Origin: Minisyncoccota bacterium
Lineage (GTDB): Bacteria > Patescibacteriota > Minisyncoccia > Phycocordibacterales > JACRKE01
Length of the DNA: 64,000 nt
Direction of reading: 5' to 3'
NCBI GenBank assembly: GCA_041660505.1
Contig: JBAZWG010000001.1
Coordinates: 477,776 to 541,775 of the forward strand
The position numbers and the translations under genes are program-made. Positions within the stretch are counted from its first letter, which is position 1. Each line of letters starts with the position of its first letter. The notes under the pieces are model-generated. The model was not told where the DNA came from, did not search any database, and worked only from the letters and a program-made list of their open reading frames with translations. Shown in pieces: positions 9,863 through 19,686 of this stretch.

Positions 9863-10582
9863 TTACTTTACCATAAAATTTGGCTCTCGGGAAGAGGTAA
9901 GAGTGTGGCCTAATTGAGTTCCTAATTCGAGTAATTCGCGCCGAATATTGCTGTCGCCGTAATACACGTAGCAAATCCCTTTAAAGTTTTTGCGATATCG
10001 TTTCGTCACACTTCGCTTTTTAAAATATGGTTTTTTAAATCTTTCTAGGGGAACACTCAACACTTCCGACCAGAATTTTTTTGCGTCAGTAATACTATGA
10101 TAATAGTGGAGATGAAGATGAATGGAGAAGTGGGCGTTATCTATGATATAAACTTTGCGCAACAGGGTAATGAAAAGACGATGCATTACGGGGTCAGTAT
10201 TCGCAAACTTAATCCCGCCTCCGCCGGTCCCTTTTGCGCCTTCTGCCCAGTACAACATTGAGAGTAGTGATTTAAGGTAGAACAAATCACTAAAGTTTTC
10301 ACTTCCAGATTCAATAATCTTCTTAACCTTATTGGTGCAATCTTGTGTTTGAACTTCGGTTCGGTGCCTCAGGGCTGCAAATGCAAGAGGGCGGACACGG
10401 GCCAAATGGTCTTTCTGTTTCTTGGAGTCTTTTTTGTATCCAGTGATAGAACCAAGCCAGTAGGAAAGAGTGCCTTTTGAGGAAACGCCTAAAATTTCAG
10501 AAATTTCCGAGTATGGTTTCCCTAACTTATGCAGACGAACGGCCTCTTTCCTAACCTCATCTGAATATCTATTGCCAGCCAT
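9863..10582 (-). CDS. HTH + LAGLIDADG-like homing endonuclease-related protein
   Basis: N-terminal HTH (GKPYSEISEILGVSSKGTLSYW), LSMLYWAEGAK LAGLIDADG-like helix, FANTDP, FWS motifs; ends 15 nt before tRNA-Arg. Confidence 0.7.
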   Translation of the reverse strand: MAGNRYSDEVRKEAVRLHKLGKPYSEISEILGVSSKGTLSYWLGSITGYKKDSKKQKDHLARVRPLAFAALRHRTEVQTQDCTNKVKKIIESGSENFSDLFYLKSLLSMLYWAEGAKGTGGGGIKFANTDPVMHRLFITLLRKVYIIDNAHFSIHLHLHYYHSITDAKKFWSEVLSVPLERFKKPYFKKRSVTKRYRKNFKGICYVYYGDSNIRRELLELGTQLGHTLTSSREPNFMVK

Positions 10583-10618
10583 TTGAACATAGTATACTAC
10601 AAATATTTGTCAGTATCT

Positions 10619-10641
10619 AGGTTCGATTCCTGCCAGGAGCA
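10619..10641 (+). repeat. Inverted copy of the tRNA-Arg(GCG) 3' end
   Basis: AGGTTCGATTCCTGCCAGGAGCA matches the tRNA T-arm/acceptor (9776-9798, minus strand) at 22 of 23 nt. Confidence 0.85.
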
Positions 10642-11124
10642 TTAAAAGCCCAGTCGCCGCGAGAGTAACTCCGCGAAGGGGATTTGATGTTCTTCTTCGG
10701 GTAAATGCTTGAGAATAAAGGCGCGGGTGTTGTCCGGATTAAGATATTCTAGGGGAATAATAATGTACGGCGAGAGCATCTTCTTGGATTTGAAGATGAT
10801 GCTCGCCGGCGTTTGCAGATAAATCCAGAAAGATTCGAGCGATTTAAATGAGTGAAATTCGTTGTTAAGTTTAAGCCCTTGGTTTGTAAGCTCGCAGTGT
10901 ACCGTTTGAGGCGGGCGAGCACCGAAGAGCATAACTGTAAAAGCTGCTACTATGATTAAGACAGCGAAAAGGATGTTGCCGAAGAAGAGCGAGGCGATAG
11001 CGATACCCGCGGCGATTATGCCCACGACCCAATACCACTCGCTAGTTTTATGCACGAACTCGTACTCTTGCGTCTGCCAGGAGATTTTTTCTGCTATCCG
11101 CTCGATGTTTTCTTGTTCCGGCAT
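10642..11124 (-). CDS. Conserved hypothetical membrane protein (2 TM + soluble domain)
   Basis: ISWQTQEYEFVHKTSEWYW, two TM helices, C-terminal LGF. Confidence 0.75.
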   Translation of the reverse strand: MPEQENIERIAEKISWQTQEYEFVHKTSEWYWVVGIIAAGIAIASLFFGNILFAVLIIVAAFTVMLFGARPPQTVHCELTNQGLKLNNEFHSFKSLESFWIYLQTPASIIFKSKKMLSPYIIIPLEYLNPDNTRAFILKHLPEEEHQIPFAELLSRRLGF

Positions 11125-11126
11125 AA

Positions 11127-11543
11127 TTATATCGAGAGGGGATATAGTTTATTCTCACAGCCAAGTGAATATCCTTTCTGAACGAACTCAAGCTGGCAGA
11201 AGGTAATCTCATAGGTCTTGCCATCGGAAAGGTAAGTAATGTCATATTTAGGAGATTCCGGATCGATGGGCGGATGTGTTCGGATAAGGAAGAAATCGTT
11301 CGTGAGAGCGGTGATGACGTTACTGCCGGCCGTCACATTCTCCTTGGGTGTTACTATCGGATATGTGCTGTGGGAAAGAAAATAATTCTTAAGCGAGCGC
11401 TGGAGTTCTGTCGCGGCGCCAACTCGGCGGATGTCGTGCGACTCTGTCGCGTATCGGCGCCAAATCAAAGGCGCGATTATTGCGATAATTAATATGGTAA
11501 CGACAGTGATTATAACCTCTAGTATTGTGGTGCGCTCATGCAT
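11127..11543 (-). CDS. Pilin/pseudopilin-like protein
   Basis: TILEVIITVVTILIIAII prepilin-like helix, DIRR...L..Y....YP, DP motif. Confidence 0.65.
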   Translation of the reverse strand: MHERTTILEVIITVVTILIIAIIAPLIWRRYATESHDIRRVGAATELQRSLKNYFLSHSTYPIVTPKENVTAGSNVITALTNDFFLIRTHPPIDPESPKYDITYLSDGKTYEITFCQLEFVQKGYSLGCENKLYPLSI

Positions 11544-11546
11544 ATA

Positions 11547-12833
11547 TTATTCTCTAAAATATCCCCAAGAGTGCAGACGGTCGAAGTCTTCGAACCATCT
11601 GTCGCCAATGTCGGTGCGGTAGTACATGTGGGGGATCATGATGTTCTTGATGCGGGAATACGTTTGTGCCTGTGCTTGTTTCATTGTCGGGCCAGTACCG
11701 CAGACAATGAGGACGACGCCAGAGGTACCCGTGACGAGCCACTCGCCGTTCTCTAACTTAACATCTTCTATATGCACGCCTTCTGTCGGCTTGTTGAAAA
11801 GAATGACAGAGTCTTTGGACTTAACGTTGAACGTCTCCGGGTCGGTGAAGGGGAATGGCGGCACGACAATGCGCACGCCGATCTGGAAGCCCGTTTTAGT
11901 TTTGAACTTGGTGAGCGTACCGGCCGCGAGCTCGTAGAAAAATTCACCCATCGGCATAGTGATGCCTTCTTGTTGAATACAGATAGTAGGGTAGCCGAAG
12001 CGCGATGTCCACTCAAGCGGGTAGATGCCGTTGCCGTTCACAATGCAGTTGATATCTATATAGCCGAAGTAGTGTTCTTCCGCCAACTTCGCTTCCATCT
12101 TTTTTAATGTCTGGTTGTAAATTTTATTAGGCTCGGACCAGAACATAAACGTCCCCATCTCGCCCGTGCTTGGGCCGAGATTACCGGGGAAGAGCTTTTT
12201 ATTCTCGAAGTTTACGTTTATGGGCAAGGCGAATTCTTTGCCATTAAAAAATGCGCCAACCGCCACCTCTACGCCCACGATGCGCTTTTGTAACTGGAAT
12301 GACTTAATCTTCTTGGCGTAAGCCTTCTTGTAATCATTCAAGACCTGCAACATATCCTTGCCGTCGTCATCCTCGCCAACATACAGAATACTCTTTACGT
12401 TTTGTGCTTCCAAGGATGGCTTCAAGACGTATTTACCCGGGTTGGCCTGGACGAAAGCTATCGCATCGTCGAATGAAGTGAAGTCGTTGTAGGGGACTAT
12501 CGAAACGCCGTATTTCTTAAGCTCCTCTTGGCCGAAGTTACGATCGTCCTCGAGCATATCGGTATAAGGCGTACCGCCGACGACAAGCTTGCCGGCATCA
12601 CGAAGCTTCTTGGCCTTCTTGCCTTGGCCGAGCACATCGTCGAAGATTATGACGTCTGCCCAGTCTACGTGCGACTCCCAATCGTCTATTTTCTCAACGA
12701 AACCGTCAGACACCTCGCGCTCCTCCTTGTGCTCAATGAAGTATTTAACGTCGTTGCCCTCCTTGACTAATTGCCAAGCGATATCGCCAATGAGGCCATC
12801 GAGCGATACGAATAAAAATCTCTTTTTTTCCAT
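11547..12833 (-). CDS. Phosphoribosylamine-glycine ligase-like ATP-grasp protein
   Basis: LEDDRNFGQ, VLKPS, GVEVAV, NFENKKLFPGNLGPSTGEMGT, LEWTSRFGYP, YYRTDIG. Confidence 0.8.
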   Translation of the reverse strand: MEKKRFLFVSLDGLIGDIAWQLVKEGNDVKYFIEHKEEREVSDGFVEKIDDWESHVDWADVIIFDDVLGQGKKAKKLRDAGKLVVGGTPYTDMLEDDRNFGQEELKKYGVSIVPYNDFTSFDDAIAFVQANPGKYVLKPSLEAQNVKSILYVGEDDDGKDMLQVLNDYKKAYAKKIKSFQLQKRIVGVEVAVGAFFNGKEFALPINVNFENKKLFPGNLGPSTGEMGTFMFWSEPNKIYNQTLKKMEAKLAEEHYFGYIDINCIVNGNGIYPLEWTSRFGYPTICIQQEGITMPMGEFFYELAAGTLTKFKTKTGFQIGVRIVVPPFPFTDPETFNVKSKDSVILFNKPTEGVHIEDVKLENGEWLVTGTSGVVLIVCGTGPTMKQAQAQTYSRIKNIMIPHMYYRTDIGDRWFEDFDRLHSWGYFRE

Positions 12834-13016
12834 ATGTTCATAAAGTATACAAAATAAATCCGCAAGAAGCGAGTATTAAGCCATGTCCGATAGAATATCT
12901 AGTAAAATAAAAGCGCCCTAAAGGACACAAGAAGGCGTAAAAATGTCTTTTATAAACAGGTTAAAAATCAAGATTTCCTATAACCGAATAGTCATGTTGA
13001 AAGTTACAAAATCGGC

Positions 13017-13044
13017 TTGACACGTCGCCGCATAAAGATAGTAT
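13017..13044 (+). promoter_or_regulatory. Putative sigma70 promoter of the giant surface protein
   Basis: TTGACA-16 nt-TAGTAT about 45 nt upstream of the ATG. Confidence 0.5.
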
Positions 13045-13089
13045 GAGATGTTTGCGCTTATTTAGTAATCTAGTTTTAAAAAATAATTT

Positions 13090-16000
13090 ATGAGCATAAA
13101 AAGAATTTCAGGAGTCGTGGCGCTGTTAGCCACTGCCGGTATTGCATCGGTCGCAATGGCAGTTGGACCAGGTGCGCCAGCTACACCGACCATAACAGGC
13201 GGTAATTTGGTAAGCGGAACTATTTACGCAAGCTCTACAACTGCGATTCAGGCCAACGTTAACTTTACTGGAGTGGGTGCGGATGTAAGTGACCACATAC
13301 TCCTTTATCTCGACGGCTCTCTTTTCGGGGGGAAAGATTATACGATAACAGGGTCAGAGTTGGTTTCAACCACAAACAACCCCGTAGAATTCCAGTTTGT
13401 TGGAAGCGATCTGACCACTGAAGTGTCACACAATATTACCGCAGTTGCCAGTACTACCTCGGGCGGAGGATTCAGTGTAGAATCTGCTCCGGCGACAGTT
13501 ATTTTTGATAACACTACGCCGACACTTCCAACTGTTTCTATCGCTAGCAACGCGGCGAGCACGACTCTAGCAGGTGTGGGTCGAACTATAACAGTCTCTG
13601 TAAGCGCAAGTGAAAATCTCGACCCGGCCAAAGTTACGGGTACTATTGCTGGTCAAACAGCAACTGTAAGCGGAAGTGGTTCTTCATACACACTTTCTTA
13701 TACAATGACGGGAAGCGATACTCCTGAAATAGTTCCGTTTGCTATAAACTTTTCTGACCTCGCGGGTAATGCCGGGACGCAAGTTGTTTCTACTACTGAC
13801 GCTTCTTCAGTAACATTCGAAAAAACACTGCCAACGCTTAGTGCGATAATCTACTCTTCTAACGCAAGCTCAACACTTGCAAAGTCGGGGGACATAATTA
13901 CAATTGCGGCGAGTTCAAGCGAAGAAATATTCCCAGTATCTGCGACCATTGCAGGACAAACTGCCACAGTCGCTTCGACCAGCCCGACCGATTACTACTT
14001 CACCACAACTGTTGACGGAAGTCATGCTGAGGGACCTGTTGCTTTGGCGATAGACTTCTCTGATCTTGCCGGCAACGCGGGCACGCAAGTTGTTTCTGCA
14101 ACGGGAGTTGTAAGTATAGACAAGACCGCTCCAACCGCAGGTATTTCTTATGACATTAACCATGCGGTAAAAAATGGTACGTCGCTAACTATTACCGCAA
14201 CAACAACGGAATCTTTAATCACTGCTCCGCTTATTTCAATCACAGTGCCAGTAGGCGGAAGTAATGCGGTGTCGAATGTAAGCATGTCGACTTCGAACGA
14301 TAAGGTTTATGTTTATAGTTACACAGTTGGTACGAATGACGGCACGGCAAGTATTGCTTTGAGTGGAACGACAGATTTGGCCGGCAACACAATCACAGTA
14401 ACACCAACGAACGGCACGACATTCACCGTCGATAACACCGTACCGGCGGCACCAGTAGTAACTACGGTTGGCGGTACCGATAATAAAGTAAACGCCAGCG
14501 AAGCCTCGGCAATCATTGTTGTTGGCACGGCAGAAGCGAACGCTACAACGACAGTTTCTATAACAGACGGCGTAAACACAGTAACTAAAGATGGACTTGC
14601 CGATGGATCCGGAAATTATTCCATAACTCTGAACGGTACGACTGCCGTGCCAGCCGCACTCGCCGACGGCGTTATTACTGCATCAGTAACGGCGACAGAT
14701 ATCGCAGGCAATACCGGTCCTGCGGGAACGAAAGCAGTACTCCAGAATACCTCTGTCCCGATTGCACCAGTGCCCTCGATAACCAACAATATTAACAGCG
14801 CTGCAAGTACAACTGTTGCGCTGATCGGTACTGCGCAAAGTAACACTACGCTTTATTATTCAATCTCGGATGGCACTAAGTACCTAACCGGAACATCAAC
14901 TGTAGTAGCCGGCGCATTTAACGTGACCGGCCTCAATCTCTCGACATTTAACGAAGGGAGCATAACCGCGACGACGACAGTAACAGACTCGGTAGGGAAC
15001 GTGAGTTCTGTCGGAATAGCGACTCCAGGAACGAAGGATACCGTCGCTCCGGTATTTTCTTCTGTTACACCAGCCACCAACGCATATATAAAGAATGTAA
15101 CAACGAGCACCCAGCTTGGTTACACTTTGGGTGAATCGCTCGCGTCCGGTCTCGCGGTCTTCACGAGGACTGGTGGCACTGCCGATGGAACTGTTCATTC
15201 TTGTGCGCTCGCGGGTACAGCTAAAACAACTGGTGCCCCGCGTACGCTCGATATCTCAAACACGACTAATGGCTGTACGATAGTGCAGTCTCTCGTCTCT
15301 GGCTCTGTATATAGTATCGACTTCGGCGGGTCGGACGCGGCAGGGAACAATTCGGCAACCACGACTGTAACTGGCGTCACCTTCGATAATACATTACCTA
15401 CGCTCTCGCCGGTTTCTATTGCCTCAAGTAATGCGTCTACAACACTCGCAAAAGCAGGTGATGTTGTCACATTATCATTCACAAGTGATGAGCCAATCCA
15501 AACACCGACTGTAACAATTGCCGGCCATTCTGCCACTGTTCTGGATATGGGTAGCAACGTCTGGAATGCTTCGACAACCGTGCTTATCGGAGACACTAAT
15601 GCCGCTACGTCTTTCACAATCGACTTCACAGATCTCGCTAATAACGCCGGGACGCAGGTTGTTGCGATAACCAGCGGAAGTCCGGTGGTTATCGACACCG
15701 TTGCACCGACGGCGACACTTGCGTATTCACCGACGACGGCAGTTAAGCCAGGCGCGTCGCTCGTCATCACCGCAACATTGAGCGAGCCGATTGCTGATGC
15801 ACCGGTCTTGAACTTCGATATTTCCGGTCCTTATACTCAATCAGCGGCGGCGATGACAAAAACTGATAGTACACATTATGCAACAACGACCATTGTGGGT
15901 GTTGGAAACGGTTCCGCTTCGGTCAACTTGAGCAATGCAACTGACCTCGCGGGGAACGCAATCACTGGTCTCCCGACGAGCGGCGCGACCTTCACAGTAG

Positions 16001-19000
16001 ACAATGCTGTCCCTACGCTCTCCGGGGTTTCTATAAGCTCCTCGAATACGACACCGACACTTGCAAAAGCGGGGAATATAATAACGCTCGCATTCACGAG
16101 TAACGAGACAGTCCAAACGCCGACCGTCACAATAGCAACCCATTCTGCAACGGTACTGAATATGGGAGGTAATGTTTGGAATGCTTCGACAACAGTGTTA
16201 TCTAACGACTCCAACGCGGTTACACCATTCGCAATAGATTTTTCCGATATTGCCGGTAACGCAGGGACACAAGTAACGACAACAAACGATGCGTCAGGCG
16301 TTGTCATTGATACCGTCTTGCCGAATCTGTATCTCGAAACCGCGATAGCTTCGTTAGTTAACACCGCGACACCGAGTTTTGCATTCCGTTCCGATGAGGC
16401 GGGGAATGTCAGCTATTCCGGCGGGTGTACAGCAACTACACCTTCTGTAACTACGGCAACCACCACAATAACTTACAATTCACTTACCGATGCCACTTAT
16501 GGAAGTTGCGCGGTCAAGGTAACTGACGCTACTGGCAACCAAAGCTTGTCGCTCACGCTCCCAAGCTTCACTATCGATACACTCGCACCGACACTTTCTT
16601 CACGTTCTATTTCTTCGAATAATTCATCAACTACCCTAGCCGTTGTGGGCGACGTCGTCACACTCTCGATTACTTCAAGTGAAAATCTCGCCTTTGCTAC
16701 TAGTACAATAGCAGGTCGTTCCGCGGTGCTCGCAACCACATCTCCGACAACCTTCACTTTCACAATAACAATGAATAGCGGTGATGCAGAAACAGTCATA
16801 CCGTTCACTATCGACTTCACGGACTTTGCCGGTAACTCCGGTACACAAGTTTCTACTGTAAGTTCCGGTTCCAATGTCGTCTTCGATAAAACCGCACCGA
16901 CCCTCTCATCCGTTGCGATGGTATCTAATAATGCTTCTACCACACTGGCAAAGTCCGGTAATATTATCACCCTCTCGTTCACCTCCAGCGAGCCTATCCA
17001 GAATCCCTCGACAACCGTTATCGCTGGACATCTTGCGACCGTGACCGGGTCGGGTACAACATGGACTGCTACTTACACAATGAGCACAGGGAGTCAATCG
17101 GACGGGCCGGTTACCTTCACAATAGACTTCAAGGATAAAGCCGGCAATGATGGAACCACCGTCTCGGCTACGACCGATTCATCTGCGGTAACCTTCGACA
17201 AAACGGCACCGACATTATCTTCGGTATCAATTGCTTCTGACAACGCGAGCACTTCTCTCGCCAAGGTCGGCGACACTATTACTTTGTCATTTACGAGCAG
17301 CGAACCATTGTTGGCGGCCGGTGGGACTATAGCTGGACACACTGCGACATTGGCTACAACAAGCCCAACGACATTCACGCTTACAACCACGATGCTGGCC
17401 GGTGACACTACAGGAACAGTGTCATTCTCTGTGACGTTCACCGATAACGCTGGTAATGCTGGTAGCGCGGTTTCTGTTACCAGCAACGGCACGTCGGTTA
17501 AATTCGACAAAACCAACCCGACGGTCTCTGCCGGTTCAGACGCATCGGCGAATGCGCAATTCACTCAAAACGCAACAGCGAGTGACGCAGGCTCCGGTAT
17601 CGCGACTTATTCTTGGACGAAAACAGCCGGCTCGGGCACAATTACCTTCGGCACCCCTGTGGCGGAAGATACTACAGTAAGTGCATCAGTCGATGGTGCT
17701 TACACGATTCAACTTGTTGCAACAGATAACGCAGGCAATACCGCAACATCGACGGCGACAGTAACATGGGATGCCACCGCACCGACGATTGATATCACCG
17801 CACCGATAGAAGGACTGACAATCGCGACGACGACTTCGCTTACTGTAACAACAAGTGAGACAGCAACTTGTACTTATTCGCTCGACAGTGCGACATCAGT
17901 AACTCTCTCGACAACAGGCGGCACTTCTCACAGTGATACTTTAAGCAATGTTGCTTCCGGCGCACATTCGCTCACGACCACCTGTACTGATCTCGCGGCT
18001 AATATTGCCACCTCATCGACACGCTCGTTCACAGCTCTCACGACAAGCGGTAGCAGTATCACTGGCGGTTCCGGCCCGGTTGTCCTCGACAGCACTCCAA
18101 ACGATGGAGACGTAGCACTTCCGGGCGGGGTCACCAGCCTTACACTTTCCGCAAGTTCGCCACTCTCGGCTTCGACCAGCCTCTCTACTGTTGTGCCGGG
18201 TAGTCCAGGGAGCCTCATGCTCAATGGTGCGCCAGTCTTGCTTAACAACTTCACGATTGGAACAACTACTCGTGTTGGCCTCACGACTGCACAGACAGTA
18301 GGGGACAAAACTATAACCGTTGGCACCGGCTTTACCTTGCAGTCCGGTACGAACGGCACACCAATCACGATAGTTGGCAGTGGCACCGGCGTCAGTATGG
18401 ACTTGCCTGATGGTGTTTCAATCCTTGGACCAACAGGTTGGAACGGCCAAGTCTTGCCTCCGTCCGGCGGTACGACCAACGGCTCCGCACCTTCCGGCTT
18501 TACGGTTGGTGATTCATTCGAAATTGGTTCATCGGACGTACCGCTTCTCCTGACCCAAGCGGCAACCATCACCTTCCCAACTATCAAGCCGATGGTAATG
18601 CGCGTGACCGGTTCAAATACCTGGAACACTCTATCGACCTGTGCCGGCACTTACGCTGTACCAACGGCACCAGCGGCGTTCGGCGAATGTGCCATCGCGG
18701 GAACTTCTGCGACCAAGGTCCTGACATACCACTTGACAACCTTCGGCACGATCACAACGATTCCGGCTACAGTAACACAGAGTTCGAACGGGCCGATAAT
18801 TGGATCGTATGGAGGTAATAATGGTTCAGCTTCAGTGACTACCCCAACCCCAACGCCAACGCCAACGGCAACAAAGACAACCTCTGTTGTTTCGAAAATA
18901 ACTACAAAAGTACCGACAACGACAACGACCGGCAACAAGATTACTGCTCAAACTCCCGCAACTTCGCGTGCTGCGCTCATTGCTAAGTTGAACAGCCAAC

Positions 19001-19209
19001 TCGCCCAACTTCGCAGACAGTTGGCATTATTGAAGAATAACGCCCCCGCCTCGTCCGTAACTAATATCGCTAAAGTTAAGCCGAAAGTCGTTCCGCCAAT
19101 AGCAAACATCAGCGCCTTGAACGAAGAAAAAGTAACTGCGCCCAAAGCCACAACCACCAAGAAAAGCACAGGCTTCTTCGGTAAAGTCTTAAACTTCTTC
19201 GGATTCTAA
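13090..19209 (+). CDS. Giant secreted surface protein with tandem bacterial Ig-like repeats
   Basis: Signal peptide; repeated ~100-aa units DxTAPTLSSVSIASxNASTTLAKxGD...DxAGN; Thr/Pro linker, coiled coil and basic tail. Confidence 0.9.
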   Translation: MSIKRISGVVALLATAGIASVAMAVGPGAPATPTITGGNLVSGTIYASSTTAIQANVNFTGVGADVSDHILLYLDGSLFGGKDYTITGSELVSTTNNPVEFQFVGSDLTTEVSHNITAVASTTSGGGFSVESAPATVIFDNTTPTLPTVSIASNAASTTLAGVGRTITVSVSASENLDPAKVTGTIAGQTATVSGSGSSYTLSYTMTGSDTPEIVPFAINFSDLAGNAGTQVVSTTDASSVTFEKTLPTLSAIIYSSNASSTLAKSGDIITIAASSSEEIFPVSATIAGQTATVASTSPTDYYFTTTVDGSHAEGPVALAIDFSDLAGNAGTQVVSATGVVSIDKTAPTAGISYDINHAVKNGTSLTITATTTESLITAPLISITVPVGGSNAVSNVSMSTSNDKVYVYSYTVGTNDGTASIALSGTTDLAGNTITVTPTNGTTFTVDNTVPAAPVVTTVGGTDNKVNASEASAIIVVGTAEANATTTVSITDGVNTVTKDGLADGSGNYSITLNGTTAVPAALADGVITASVTATDIAGNTGPAGTKAVLQNTSVPIAPVPSITNNINSAASTTVALIGTAQSNTTLYYSISDGTKYLTGTSTVVAGAFNVTGLNLSTFNEGSITATTTVTDSVGNVSSVGIATPGTKDTVAPVFSSVTPATNAYIKNVTTSTQLGYTLGESLASGLAVFTRTGGTADGTVHSCALAGTAKTTGAPRTLDISNTTNGCTIVQSLVSGSVYSIDFGGSDAAGNNSATTTVTGVTFDNTLPTLSPVSIASSNASTTLAKAGDVVTLSFTSDEPIQTPTVTIAGHSATVLDMGSNVWNASTTVLIGDTNAATSFTIDFTDLANNAGTQVVAITSGSPVVIDTVAPTATLAYSPTTAVKPGASLVITATLSEPIADAPVLNFDISGPYTQSAAAMTKTDSTHYATTTIVGVGNGSASVNLSNATDLAGNAITGLPTSGATFTVDNAVPTLSGVSISSSNTTPTLAKAGNIITLAFTSNETVQTPTVTIATHSATVLNMGGNVWNASTTVLSNDSNAVTPFAIDFSDIAGNAGTQVTTTNDASGVVIDTVLPNLYLETAIASLVNTATPSFAFRSDEAGNVSYSGGCTATTPSVTTATTTITYNSLTDATYGSCAVKVTDATGNQSLSLTLPSFTIDTLAPTLSSRSISSNNSSTTLAVVGDVVTLSITSSENLAFATSTIAGRSAVLATTSPTTFTFTITMNSGDAETVIPFTIDFTDFAGNSGTQVSTVSSGSNVVFDKTAPTLSSVAMVSNNASTTLAKSGNIITLSFTSSEPIQNPSTTVIAGHLATVTGSGTTWTATYTMSTGSQSDGPVTFTIDFKDKAGNDGTTVSATTDSSAVTFDKTAPTLSSVSIASDNASTSLAKVGDTITLSFTSSEPLLAAGGTIAGHTATLATTSPTTFTLTTTMLAGDTTGTVSFSVTFTDNAGNAGSAVSVTSNGTSVKFDKTNPTVSAGSDASANAQFTQNATASDAGSGIATYSWTKTAGSGTITFGTPVAEDTTVSASVDGAYTIQLVATDNAGNTATSTATVTWDATAPTIDITAPIEGLTIATTTSLTVTTSETATCTYSLDSATSVTLSTTGGTSHSDTLSNVASGAHSLTTTCTDLAANIATSSTRSFTALTTSGSSITGGSGPVVLDSTPNDGDVALPGGVTSLTLSASSPLSASTSLSTVVPGSPGSLMLNGAPVLLNNFTIGTTTRVGLTTAQTVGDKTITVGTGFTLQSGTNGTPITIVGSGTGVSMDLPDGVSILGPTGWNGQVLPPSGGTTNGSAPSGFTVGDSFEIGSSDVPLLLTQAATITFPTIKPMVMRVTGSNTWNTLSTCAGTYAVPTAPAAFGECAIAGTSATKVLTYHLTTFGTITTIPATVTQSSNGPIIGSYGGNNGSASVTTPTPTPTPTATKTTSVVSKITTKVPTTTTTGNKITAQTPATSRAALIAKLNSQLAQLRRQLALLKNNAPASSVTNIAKVKPKVVPPIANISALNEEKVTAPKATTTKKSTGFFGKVLNFFGF

Positions 19210-19212
19210 AAA

Positions 19213-19297
19213 CGGAGGGTAGAGGACTCGAACCTCTAAGGGCTTTCACCCGCTAGTTTTTCCGCCCTTCGGCGGACCCGCTGGGGCGGGCAAGACT
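19213..19297 (-). pseudogene. tRNA-Ser(TGA) 3' fragment interrupted in the anticodon by a 30-nt element
   Basis: Minus strand AGTCTTG[30 nt]AAAACTAGCGGGTGAAAGCCCTTAGAGGTTCGAGTCCTCTACCCTCCG; 5' half absent here. Confidence 0.8.
19261..19290. repeat. 30-nt composite hairpin element, copy 1
   Basis: tccgcccttcggcggacccgctggggcggg, identical to 19692-19721. Confidence 0.9.
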
Positions 19298-19312
19298 GCT
19301 TTCGAGACAAGG

Positions 19313-19400
19313 CGGAGGGAGCGAGATTCGAACTCGCGAGACCCTTTCGGGTCTACCGCATTTCAAGTGCGGCGCACTAGACCAACTATGCGATCCCTCC
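19313..19400 (-). tRNA. tRNA-Ser(TGA)
   Basis: GGAGGGA acceptor, CCGCA-CTTGAAA-TGCGG, long variable arm AGACCCGAAAGGGTCT, GTTCGAATC T-loop. Confidence 0.95.
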
Positions 19401-19650
19401 GCCTTGTTTCGAATAATTTATCAAGATACTCTCGCCCCGTCCCCGACTTCAACCAGTTCTCCCTTTTTCTCGCCTCGGTAAAATCTTCACAGGATTCGGT
19501 ATGAATCAATTTCCAAGGTCGTCCTGCTTTTGTTGAACTGGTTTTTCCGGCATTGTGCGCTCGTAACCTTATATCAGGAATATTCTCGTGGCTTGACCCA
19601 ACGTAACGCTTCCCAGTTTTCTCGCTTAGAAGAACATAGACACAGGACAT
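19363..19650 (-). CDS. GIY-YIG endonuclease (small, free-standing)
   Basis: VYVLLSEKTGKRYVG...RLRAHN.G...STK..RPWKLI..E...EARKRE..LKSG.GRE; stop codon lies inside tRNA-Ser. Confidence 0.9.
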   Translation of the reverse strand: MSCVYVLLSEKTGKRYVGSSHENIPDIRLRAHNAGKTSSTKAGRPWKLIHTESCEDFTEARKRENWLKSGTGREYLDKLFETRRRDRIVGLVRRT

Positions 19651-19686
19651 TTTGTGAGTATATCACAGGAATGGTTTTTTGCCTTT

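Noticed and set aside
9756-9974. Short ORFs spanning tRNA genes (also 29402-29596 and 23850-24299)
   Set aside because: They are translations of tRNA sequence or of the opposite strand of real genes
13338-19169. Numerous antisense ORFs inside the giant surface gene and other long genes
   Set aside because: These are shadow ORFs caused by codon bias; no motifs or RBS support
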